Positions 49,718 through 59,136 of a stretch of 64,000 bases of DNA are shown here, in pieces (position 1 is the stretch's first letter; the number at the start of each line of letters is the position of its first letter). A program made the position numbers and the translations under genes. Under the pieces are notes generated by a model, which worked only from the letters and a program-made list of their open reading frames with translations, searched no databases and was not told where the DNA came from. Origin of the DNA: Phaeosaccion multiseriatum (Eukaryota; Protista; Ochrophyta, other classes); assembly GCA_965112735.1 (NCBI GenBank), contig OZ218962.1:2914001-2978000 (forward strand), given 5' to 3'.

Positions 49718-51019
49718 ATGGAGGCAAGGAATAGCATCTCCCAGGGGATGGCGGCCCCTGGCTCGATGGTGGCCACGAAGGCCTTGAGAACTGTGGCTGG
49801 GCTCATTTCGAACAAAGCTCTGTGGGGAGTGTGCAAGGAGGTCGACGAGGTCACCTCCCGCACTCTGGTGATCCACGACGCCATGCCGGAAGATGTCCAA
49901 AACCGCATGCTCGGCATGCTTAAGCAGCAGAAGAAGGACGACGAAGAGAGGGAGGCTGCCTCGTGCTGCTCATATGACAAGACTGAGGGAGGAGGGGAAG
50001 GGGGGATTGGGGGGAAGAAGGCGAAGGGGCAACGAAACAACTCCTCTTCGTCCTCTCCTAATGATATGACGCCTGAGGGAAGCAGTGCTGAGGGGAGTAT
50101 CCGACGGTCGGGGCGGATGAAGGCGAAGAGGCAACGGAAGAAGGAAGACGAGGAGAGAGTGGGTGCTTCGTCCTCTTCAATTGCAATGACGACTGAGGGA
50201 AGCAGTGCTGGGGGGAGCGCCCGATGCTCGGGGGGGATGAGAATGGCAAAGATGCAGCGAAGGGAAGCTCGAAGAAGGTCATTCCGTGTCGCGGCGGTGA
50301 AAATTGGCTGGAGCTTCAATGAGTACTTGGACCTTCCTTGCGGCGTGGAGGAGGTGGAGATAGGGCCGGGGTTTAATCAACATGTGGACCTGCCTCCCTC
50401 ACTGAAGAAGATCAAGTTTGTCTGGAACTCTAGGTTCAATCAGCCCCTGACCCTTCCTTGTGGTGTGGAGGAGGTGGAGATGGGGCTGCACTTTAACCTC
50501 CCACTGGACCTACCTGCCTCGCTCAAGAGGATCAAGTTTGGCCGGGAGTCACAGTTCAATCAGCAGCTGGACATTCCTTGTGGTGTGGAGGAGGCGGTGA
50601 TGGGGGATTTCTTTAACTTCCCTCTGGACCTCCCTGCCTCGCTCAAGAAGATCAAGTTTGGCAGCAAGTCGAAGTTCAACCAGCAGCTGGTCCTTCCCTA
50701 TGGTGTGGAGGAGGTTTGGATGGGGCCGTACTTTAACCTCCCTCTGGACCTCCCTGCCTCGCTCAAGAAGATCATGTTTATCTGGACCTCTGACTTCAAT
50801 CAGCCGTTGGTCCTTCCTTACGGTGTGGAGGAGGTGCAGATGGGGCCGGAGTTTAACTTCCCTCTGGACCTCCCTGCTTCTCTGCGGACTCTGTGGCTGG
50901 GACGGAATTACACCTGCCCTTTGGAGAGCCTGCCTGCTGGCGTGAGGAACCTCACAGTTGGGGAGGAATACCAGCTGCCTGCAGACCTACCCGAGGGGCT
51001 TGAGGTGCGTCGCTGGTGA
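49718..51019 (+). CDS. FNIP-repeat protein F5 (433 aa): 4 A/B pairs plus terminal A unit and C-cap
   Basis: Intact intronless ORF with F-box-like N-terminus, basic low-complexity linker, repeats and cap. Confidence 0.9.
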   Translation: MEARNSISQGMAAPGSMVATKALRTVAGLISNKALWGVCKEVDEVTSRTLVIHDAMPEDVQNRMLGMLKQQKKDDEEREAASCCSYDKTEGGGEGGIGGKKAKGQRNNSSSSSPNDMTPEGSSAEGSIRRSGRMKAKRQRKKEDEERVGASSSSIAMTTEGSSAGGSARCSGGMRMAKMQRREARRRSFRVAAVKIGWSFNEYLDLPCGVEEVEIGPGFNQHVDLPPSLKKIKFVWNSRFNQPLTLPCGVEEVEMGLHFNLPLDLPASLKRIKFGRESQFNQQLDIPCGVEEAVMGDFFNFPLDLPASLKKIKFGSKSKFNQQLVLPYGVEEVWMGPYFNLPLDLPASLKKIMFIWTSDFNQPLVLPYGVEEVQMGPEFNFPLDLPASLRTLWLGRNYTCPLESLPAGVRNLTVGEEYQLPADLPEGLEVRRW

Positions 51020-52275
51020 GGACGAGAACGACGGTGGAGGGGGGCCAGGACGACGACGGATGACGCCGCAGCTCACGTAAGCTTATGTGGGAAGCACGGA
51101 AGGCGGCAGAGAAGCGGTTGTCATCTACTGTGGCACGGGAGGGGTACACCAAAGTGGATCCTTGATTCAACGGAGGCCCGACCCTCCGTGGGAGGGGAAG
51201 GAAAGGAGAAGATGAAAGAGAGAGAGAGAGAGAGAAAATACGCACCCACCGCCCAGGGGTGCAGCGGGACGATTGTATGTGCGCTTGCTTTTGACTGCTG
51301 CTAACCATCGGAAATGAATATGACTGAAACCTCAGACACTTTATACATACATACATACACAGCCGTACCTGGCAGGGACGCGCCCTTCAAAGTTCCCCAG
51401 GAGAATGCTGTCAGTACTCGCCTCTGACCCGGCCTTCTGGTGATGCTGCTGGGAGGGCTGGCAGGCAGCTTTGTTTCCGAGGTGAGGTGGCGTACCTCCT
51501 CTGCTGCCAGCGTTGCGGTGTGGTCCCCCTTAAAGGCAGGGCAAGTTGACGATGGCGCATACACCAGTCAGCGGGCAGCCTCTCTCGGGCCAGCCGTTGC
51601 TTGGGAACGGAAGCTCAAACTCAACCTCCGGTCGGGTGGGACTGGGTGGTGCCCAGGAAGGTACTGAGTCCCACCTCCTCCCTTCCTTACACAGCACAAG
51701 GAGCAGCAGAAGCGTTCACGTCTAATGTGTGTGTACAGAAGCGTTAACGTCTAATGTGTATGTACATTGTTTAGCAACATCGTGAGAGCTCTTCTATGCC
51801 CTTGCCTCAGCCCCCACCTGGTGGTGTAGTTTCTTGGGTCGGGCCCTCCTCCTCCTCCTCCTCCTCCTCCTCCTCCTCCTCCTCCTCCTCCTCCTCCTCC
51901 TCCCACTCATCCTACCGCACAACCAACCCATCTCTCCCTCTGACTGCTTCCCTTGTAGCTGCAACTGTAATGTATGTATGTTCAGCACTGCATCGCCTGC
52001 TGCTGCTGCAGGGGGCCGGACAGCTGACTTTCTTGTTGGCTACGCTTGCTCTCTCCTCCTCACGCTGCTGCACCTCTTGCTGTGACCTCCCTCAGCTCCG
52101 TTGAGCACCGCCTGCCTGCCCTCGTGCCTGGAGACAAGGGTGGGGCTCTTCCACAGAAAGGGTCTGGCTTGTCAATCCCAAAGCCCCCTTTTCCCCTCGA
52201 CAATAGCACGACAATACGAGCCATCCTCCTCTTCCTCCCACCGTTCCATCGTCCCGAGTAGCGTCATGTCATCCG

Positions 52276-54087
52276 TCAGTAGCGAACCATCTTCAGCCCC
52301 TCGGGTACATCTGCCGGCAGGGGACACCTGGTGCTCGCCTCGAGCTTCCTCAGGCCAGCAGGCAGGCTTTCCAAGGGGCAGGTGTACAGCGCTGACAGCA
52401 CCAGAGTCCGCAGCGAGGCAGGCAGCTCCAGAGGGAGGTTGAAGTTACGCCCCATCTCCACCTCCTCCACGCCACAAGGAAGGACCAACGGCTGATTGAA
52501 GCCGGAAAACTGCTCAAACGTGATTTTCTTCAGAGAGGTAGGGAGGTCCAGAGGGAGGTTAAAGTCATGCCCCATCTCCACCTCCTCCACACCACAAGGA
52601 AGGTCCAAGTGCTGATTGAAAAATGAGTCTTGATGAAATCTGATCTTCTTCAGAGAAGTAGGGAGGTCCAGAGGGAGGTTAAAGTCATACCCCATCACCA
52701 CCTCCTCCACACCACAAGGAAGGTCCAAGTGCTGATTGAACTGTGAGTTCCTGCCAAATGTGATCTTCTTCAAAGAGGCTGGCAGGTCCAGTGGGAGGTT
52801 AAAGTCACTCCCCATCTCCACCTCCTCCACACCACAGGGAAGAACCAAGTGCTGTTTGAAGTGCTGGCCAAATCTGACTTTCTTCAGCGAGGCAGGCAGG
52901 TTCAGTGGGAGGTTAAAGTCACGCCCCATCTCCACCTCCTCCACACCACAAGGAAGGTCCACTTGTTGATTAAACCTCGGGCCAAATTTGATCTTCTTGA
53001 GCGAGGCAGGCAGGTCCAGAGGGAGGTTAAAGTCACGCCCCATCCCCACCTCCTCCACACCACAGGGAAGAACCACGTGCTGATTGAAGAGATTCCCAAA
53101 CTTGATCTTCTTCAAAGAGGCAGGCAGCTCCAGTGGGAGGTTAAACTCACGCCCCATCACCACCTCCTCCACACCACAGGGAAGAACCACATGCTGATTG
53201 AAGAGATTCCCAAACTTGATCTTCTTCAGCGAGGCGGGCAGGTCCAGAAGGAGGTTGAACATATTCCCCATCACCACCTCCTCCACACCACAGGGAAGAA
53301 CCACATGCTGATTGAAGAGATTCCCAAACTTGATCTTCTTCAGCGAGGCGGGCAGGTCCAGAAGGAGGGTGAACATATTCCCCATCCCCACCTCCTCCAC
53401 ACCACCACAAGGAAGGTCAACATGTTGACTGAAGAAATTCCCAAACTTGATCTTCTTCAGTGAGGCGGGCAGGTCCAGGGGGAGGTTGAACATATTCCCC
53501 ATCACCACCTCCTCCACACCACAAGGAAGGGTCACGTGCTCCTCGAGCTGAGATCTCCAGCCAAACCGGATCTTCTTCAGGGAGCTAGGAAGGACCAGAG
53601 GACTGCTAAACGCATCCCCCGTCTCCAGCTCCTCGACTGTGCTTGGTAGACACACGCCGGTTTGATTGAAAAAGGGGGAGAAAGACACCCGCTTCACCGA
53701 AGGCGGTAAAAGCGCGAGCACCTTTGCAACAAGGGCCTCATCTGCACACACCATGGCCTCATCCTCCGCATCTTGCCTAGTCCTGAGGCCAAGCTCCACC
53801 GCCGCCACGCGAAAGCAGCTTCTGCAATAATCGCCTCCCTCCTGTTCCTTCTCCTTCTCCTCAGTATCACCTGAAGGTGGAGGGGGAAATGCAGCGCTTC
53901 TCTCATCCTTTCCCTGTTGTCGCTCCAGCATACGCAGGATGCGGTGCTGGACATCGTCGGGCATGCTGGTGCTGATTATCAAAGTGCGGGAGGTGACCTC
54001 ATCCACCTCCTTGCACACTCCCCACAGAGCTTTATCGGGAAAGAAGACTGCAACAGTTCGAAGAGCCGCGGGCCCAGAGCTGCTCCA
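52276..54087 (-). CDS. FNIP-repeat gene F6 (10 A/B pairs plus cap); start region disrupted, first in-frame ATG at 53964, possible pseudogene
   Basis: Frame is open from ~54090 to the stop at 52276; in-frame TGA just upstream of LPWSSSGP; ATG at 54103 is out of frame (8-nt deletion relative to F1). Confidence 0.75.
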   Translation of the reverse strand, partial: WSSSGPAALRTVAVFFPDKALWGVCKEVDEVTSRTLIISTSMPDDVQHRILRMLERQQGKDERSAAFPPPPSGDTEEKEKEQEGGDYCRSCFRVAAVELGLRTRQDAEDEAMVCADEALVAKVLALLPPSVKRVSFSPFFNQTGVCLPSTVEELETGDAFSSPLVLPSSLKKIRFGWRSQLEEHVTLPCGVEEVVMGNMFNLPLDLPASLKKIKFGNFFSQHVDLPCGGVEEVGMGNMFTLLLDLPASLKKIKFGNLFNQHVVLPCGVEEVVMGNMFNLLLDLPASLKKIKFGNLFNQHVVLPCGVEEVVMGREFNLPLELPASLKKIKFGNLFNQHVVLPCGVEEVGMGRDFNLPLDLPASLKKIKFGPRFNQQVDLPCGVEEVEMGRDFNLPLNLPASLKKVRFGQHFKQHLVLPCGVEEVEMGSDFNLPLDLPASLKKITFGRNSQFNQHLDLPCGVEEVVMGYDFNLPLDLPTSLKKIRFHQDSFFNQHLDLPCGVEEVEMGHDFNLPLDLPTSLKKITFEQFSGFNQPLVLPCGVEEVEMGRNFNLPLELPASLRTLVLSALYTCPLESLPAGLRKLEASTRCPLPADVPEGLKMVRY

Positions 54088-54137
54088 AGGTAATCACGCC
54101 CATGGACTCGTCTCCTCCCCCCCCCGCTGAAAGTAAT

Positions 54138-54190
54138 GATCTGTGAGTGCGGCGACGATCTCGTGGGTAGTTGTTGGTGCACCACATTCC
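54138..54190. promoter_or_regulatory. Conserved spacer motif between head-to-head FNIP genes (candidate bidirectional promoter); also at ~39882, ~45347, ~49595
   Basis: TCTGTGAGTGCGGCGACGATCTCGTGGGT..TTGGTGC is retained in all four spacers; function inferred from position only. Confidence 0.45.
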
Positions 54191-54236
54191 CTGCCGCCGA
54201 GGAGCCGGGCGGCAACAACAGCGAGCAGAGGAGAGA

Positions 54237-56942
54237 ATGGAGGCAAGGAATAGCAGCTCCCACGGGATGGCGGACCATGGTTCGATGGTGGCCACGAAGG
54301 CCTTGAGAACTGTGGCTGGGCTTATTTCGAACAAAGCTCTGTGGGGAGTGTGCAAGGAGGTCGATGAGGTCACCTCCCGCACTCTGGTGATCAACGACGC
54401 CATGCCGGAAGATGTCCAAAAACGCATGCTGGGCATGCTTAGGCAGCAGAAGAAGGACGAGGAAGAGAGGGAGGCTGCCTCGTGCTGCTCAAATGACAAG
54501 ACTGAGGGAAGAGGGGAGGGGGGGGGGGTCCGACGGTCCGGGGGGAAGAAGGCGAAGGGGCAACGAAACAACTCCTCTTCGTCCTCTCCTAATGATATGA
54601 CGCCTGAGGGAAGCAGTGGCGGGGGAAGTATCCGACGGTCGGGGCGGATGAAGGCGAAGAGGCAACGGAAGAAGGAAGACGAGGAGAGAGTGGGTACTTC
54701 GTCCTCTTCAATTGCAATGACGACTGAGGGAAGCAGTGCTGGGGGGAGCGCCCGATGGTCGGGGGGGATGAAAATGGCAAAGATGCAGCGAAGGGAAGCT
54801 CGAAGAAGGTCATTCCGTGTCGCGGCGGTGAAAATTAGGGGAAGCTTCAGTGAGTCCTTGGACCTTCCTTGCGGCGTGGAGGAGGTTGTGATGGCGGATA
54901 GCTTTAACCACCCTCTGGACCTGCCTGCCTCACTGAAGAAGATCAGATTTGATGGGTACTCACGGTTCAATCAGCACTTGGTTCTTCCCTGTGGTGTGGA
55001 GGAGGTGGAGATGGGGCGTGACTTTAACCGCCCTCTGGACCTCCCTGCCTCGCTCAAGAAGATCAGATTTGGCCAGCACTTCAATCAGCACGTGGACCTT
55101 CCCTGTGGTGTGGAGGAGGTGGAAATGGGGCAGCACTTTAACCTCCCTCTGGAGCTGCCTGCCTCGCTCAAGAAGATCGAATTTGCGTATGACTCACACT
55201 TCAATCAGCACGTGGTCTTTCCTTGCGGCGTGGAGGAGGTTGTGATGGCGGATAGCTTTAACCTCCCCCTGGACCTCCCTGCCTCGCTCAAGAAGATCAG
55301 ATTTGATGAAGACTCGGATTTCAATCAGCACTTGGACCTTCCTTGTGGTGTGGAGGAGGTGGAGATGGGGCGTGACTTTAACCGCCCTCTGGACCTCCCT
55401 GCCTCGCTCAAGAAGATCAGATTTGGCCAGCACTTCAATCAGCACGTGGACCTTCCCTGTGGTGTGGAGGAGGTGGAAATGGGGCAGCACTTTAACCTCC
55501 CTCTGGAGCTGCCTGCCTCGCTCAAGAAGATCGAATTTGCGTATGACTCACACTTCAATCAGCACGTGGTCTTTCCTTGCGGCGTGGAGGAGGTTGTGAT
55601 GGCGGATAGCTTTAACCTCCCCCTGGACCTCCCTGCCTCGCTCAAGAAGATCAGATTTGATGAAGACTCGGATTTCAATCAGCACTTGGACCTTCCTTGT
55701 GGTGTGGAGGAGGTGGAGATGGGGCGTGACTTTAACCGCCCTCTGGACCTCCCTGCCTCGCTCAAGAAGATCAGATTTGGCCAGCACTTCAATCAGCACG
55801 TGGACCTTCCTTGTGGTGTGGAGAAGGTGGAGATGGGGTGGCACTTTAACCTCCCTCTGGAGCTGCCTGCCTCGCTCAAGAAGATCGAATTCGGCGTTAT
55901 CTTTAATCAGCACGTGGACCTTCCTAGTGGTGTGGAGGAGGTGGTGATGGGGCAGGACTTTAACCTCCCTCTGGAGCTGCCTGCCTCTTTGAAGAAGATC
56001 AAGTTTGGGAATCTCTTCAATCAGCACGCGGCCCTTCCTTGTGGTGTGGAGGAGGTGGTGATGGGGCGTGAGTTTAACCTCCCTCTGGAGCTGCCTGCCT
56101 CGCTCAAGAAGATCGAATTTGCGTATGACTCACACTTCAATCAGCACGTGGTCTTTCCTTGCGGCGTGGAGGAGGTGGAGATTGGGCATTACTTTGACCT
56201 ACCTCTGGAGCTGCCTGCCTCGCTCAAGAAGATCAGATTTGGCATAAACTTCAATCAGCACGTGGACCTTCCTTGTGGTGTGGAGGAGGTGGTGATGGGG
56301 CTGCACTTTAACCTCCCTCTGAACCTCCCTGCCTCGCTCAAGAAGATCAAATTTGGCATTATGTTTAATCAGCACGTGAACCTTCCCTGTGGTGTGGAGG
56401 AGGTGGAGATGGGGCAGCACTTTAACCTCCCTCTGGACCTGCCTGCCTCGCTCAAGAAAATCAAGTTTGGAGAGGAGTTCAATCAGCACTTGGTCCTTCC
56501 TTGTGGTGTGGAGGAGGTGGTGATGGGGCAGGAGTTTAACCTCCCTCTGGACCTCCCTGCCTCGCTCAAGAAGATCACTTTTATCTGGAACTCTGAGTTC
56601 AATCAGCACTTGGTCCTTCCTTGCGGTGTGGAGGAGGTGGAAATGGGGTATGCGTTTAACCTCCCTCTAGAGCTGCCTGCCTCGCTCAAGAAGATCGAAT
56701 TTGAGGTTGAATCACAGTTCAATCAGCAGCTGGCTCTTCCTTTCGGCGTGGAGGCGGTGGTGATGGGGCCGGAGTTTAACCACCCTCTGGAGCTGCCTGC
56801 TTCTCTGCGGACTCTAGTGCTGGGACGGAGTTACACCTGCCCTTTGGAGAGCCTGCCTGCTGGCCTGAGGAAGCTGAGGGTTAGAATGAACTGCCCGCTG
56901 CCTGCAGACCTACCCGAGGGGCTTGAGGTGCGTCGCTGGTGA
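54237..56942 (+). CDS. FNIP-repeat protein F7 (901 aa): 16 A/B pairs plus terminal A unit and C-cap
   Basis: Intact intronless ORF; ATG 54237 aligns with the F5 start MEARNS. Confidence 0.92.
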   Translation: MEARNSSSHGMADHGSMVATKALRTVAGLISNKALWGVCKEVDEVTSRTLVINDAMPEDVQKRMLGMLRQQKKDEEEREAASCCSNDKTEGRGEGGGVRRSGGKKAKGQRNNSSSSSPNDMTPEGSSGGGSIRRSGRMKAKRQRKKEDEERVGTSSSSIAMTTEGSSAGGSARWSGGMKMAKMQRREARRRSFRVAAVKIRGSFSESLDLPCGVEEVVMADSFNHPLDLPASLKKIRFDGYSRFNQHLVLPCGVEEVEMGRDFNRPLDLPASLKKIRFGQHFNQHVDLPCGVEEVEMGQHFNLPLELPASLKKIEFAYDSHFNQHVVFPCGVEEVVMADSFNLPLDLPASLKKIRFDEDSDFNQHLDLPCGVEEVEMGRDFNRPLDLPASLKKIRFGQHFNQHVDLPCGVEEVEMGQHFNLPLELPASLKKIEFAYDSHFNQHVVFPCGVEEVVMADSFNLPLDLPASLKKIRFDEDSDFNQHLDLPCGVEEVEMGRDFNRPLDLPASLKKIRFGQHFNQHVDLPCGVEKVEMGWHFNLPLELPASLKKIEFGVIFNQHVDLPSGVEEVVMGQDFNLPLELPASLKKIKFGNLFNQHAALPCGVEEVVMGREFNLPLELPASLKKIEFAYDSHFNQHVVFPCGVEEVEIGHYFDLPLELPASLKKIRFGINFNQHVDLPCGVEEVVMGLHFNLPLNLPASLKKIKFGIMFNQHVNLPCGVEEVEMGQHFNLPLDLPASLKKIKFGEEFNQHLVLPCGVEEVVMGQEFNLPLDLPASLKKITFIWNSEFNQHLVLPCGVEEVEMGYAFNLPLELPASLKKIEFEVESQFNQQLALPFGVEAVVMGPEFNHPLELPASLRTLVLGRSYTCPLESLPAGLRKLRVRMNCPLPADLPEGLEVRRW

Positions 56943-57135
56943 GGACGAGAACGACGGTGGAGGGGGGCCAGGACGACGACGGATGACGCCGCAGCTCACG
57001 TAAGCTTATGTGGGAAGCACGGAAGGCGGCAGAGAAGCGGTTGTCATCTGCTGTGGCACGGGAGGGGTACACCAAAGTGGATCCTTGATTCAACGGAGGC
57101 CCGACCCTCCGCGGGAGGGAAGGAAAGGAGAAGAT

Positions 57136-57181
<46 letters not shown>

Positions 57182-57809
57182 AAATACTCACCCACCGCCC
57201 AGGGGTGCAGCGGGGCGATTGTATGTGCGCTTGCTTTTGACTGGTGCGAGCCGAGACAGCAAAGGGAATGAATATTACTGAAACCTCAGACACTGTATAC
57301 ATACATACACAGCCGTGCCTGGCAGGGACGCGCCCTTCAAAGCTTCCCCAAGGGATTGCTTTCAGTACTCGCCTCTGACCCGGCCTTCTGGTGATGCTGC
57401 TGGGAGGGCTGGCAGGCAGCTTTGTTTCCGAGGTGAGGTGGCGTGCCTCCTCTGTTGCCAGCGTTGCGGTGTGGTCCCCCTTAAAGGCAGGGCAAGCTGG
57501 CGATGGCGCATACACCAGTCAGCGGGCAGCCTCTCTCGGGCCAGCCATTGGTTGGGGGGGGGCTAATGAACGGAAGCTCAAACTGAACCTCCCCAGGCCG
57601 GGTGGGACGGGGTGGTGCCGAGTATGGTACTGAGTCCCCCTCCTCCCTTCCTTACACAGCACAAGGAGCAGCAGAAGCGTTCACGTCTAATGTGTGTGTA
57701 CAGAAGCGTTAACGTCTAATGTGTATGTACATTGTTTAGCAACATCGTGGGAGCTCTTCTATGCCCTTGCCTCAGCCCCCACCTGGTGGTGTAGTTTCTT
57801 GGGTCGGGC

Positions 57810-58063
57810 CCTCCTCCTCCTCCTCCCCCTCCTCCTCCTCCTCCTCCTCCTCCTCCTCCTCCTCCTCCTCCTCCTCCTCCTCCTCCTCCTCCTCCTCCTC
57901 CTCCTCCTCCTCCTCCTCCTCCTCCTCCTCCTCCTCCTCCTCCTCCTCCTCCTCCTCCTCCTCCTCCTCCTCCTCCTCCTCCTCCTCCTCCTCCTCCTCC
58001 TCCTCCTCCTCCTCATCCTCCTCCTCCTCCTCCTCCTCCTCCTCCTCCTCCTCCTCCTCCTCC
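57810..58063. repeat. (CCT)n trinucleotide repeat; shorter paralogous run at 51846-51903
   Basis: Direct observation; lies at the end of each duplication-2 unit. Confidence 0.92.
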
Positions 58064-58122
58064 TGCTGGCCCCCCTCCACTTCCTCTTGCTCCCGCTCCT
58101 CCTCCCCCTCCCCCCTCCTCCT

Positions 58123-59093
58123 TTATTTCTGTCCTATCTCGGCCCCCTCTTCCTCCTCCCCCTCCGGCTGCGACTGAGGGCCGGTAACCCCACCCAGATA
58201 CAGTCCAACCTCCGCCGCCACCACAGCCGCCCTCATCCGCCTCTCCCGAGCCGCCGCCAGCTGCGCTCTCTTGGTCCCCCTCTTCTGCAGCGGCGGCACC
58301 CCTCCCCCTACCCCTCCCCCTACCCCTTCCCCTCCCCCTTCCCCTCCCCCTACCCCTTCCCCTTCCCCTTCCCCTCCCCCTCCCCCTTCCCCACTCTCCC
58401 CCCCTCCCCCTACCTCCTCCCCTTCCCCTTCCCCTCCCCCTCCCCCTCCCCCTCCCGCCCCCTCGGTCGCTGCGCACGTGCCTCTCCTCTTGTGTTGGGC
58501 GTGGAGGGACTCCGCAGCGCTCGCCGCGCTCGCTATCCGCCGCCCCTCTTCTTCTTCTTCTTCTCCTCCTCCTCCTCCTCCTCCTCCTCCTCCTCCTCCT
58601 CCTCCTCCTCCTCCTCCTCCTCCTGCTCCTCCTCCTCCTCCTCCTCCTCCCTCTACGCCTCCTGCCTCTGCTCTTCCATCCTTCATCTCCTTCTCCTTCT
58701 CCATCCTCTCCTCCTCCTCCTCCTCCTCCTTCTCCTTCTCCTCCTCCTCCTCCCTGTTTCGAGTGTACGCCGCCACCCTTCCCATGACTGAACAAGAGAC
58801 GGCCCCATCCTCGTGGATGCACTGTAAAGCGAACTCCCCCCCGAGCTCCCACACCACTCGCGTCAGGAGAATGTTACGGATATCCACCAGCGCCTGTTAC
58901 CCATCCAGGGAGGGAGGGAGGGAGGGAGGGAGTGGATGAGTGAGTGTGATCAGGCAAGAGAGGAATGTGAGAGAGCGAGAGAGGACGAGTGAGAGAGACA
59001 GAGTGAGAATGGTGAGACAGAGCAAGAGGAAGAGAGAGGATAACGAGAGAGGAGATGGACAGAAGATCGCGCAAGAGAGACACACAAGACACA

Positions 59094-59136
<43 letters not shown>

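Larger units (their letters stand above)
47519..57830. repeat. Tandem segmental duplication 2: unit = head-to-head FNIP pair plus flanks (47519-51900 vs 51905-57830)
   Basis: 47520-47940 matches 51906-52297; 49000-50300 matches 53480-54835; 50978-51860 matches 56900-57830. Confidence 0.9.

Noticed and set aside
48904-50319. 471-aa minus-strand ORF as a gene
   Set aside because: Chimera of the F5 antisense frame, the spacer and the F4 N-terminus; starts at a non-ATG codon and ends in frameshifted sequence.
37521-56942. FNIP arrays as a CRISPR-like repeat-spacer array
   Set aside because: Variable segments are only 6-18 nt, in frame, inside protein-coding ORFs; eukaryotic context and no cas genes.
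44544-56942. Diversity-generating retroelement driving FNIP variation
   Set aside because: No reverse transcriptase in the window (only an endonuclease fragment), no template/variable repeat pair, and differences are not restricted to adenines.
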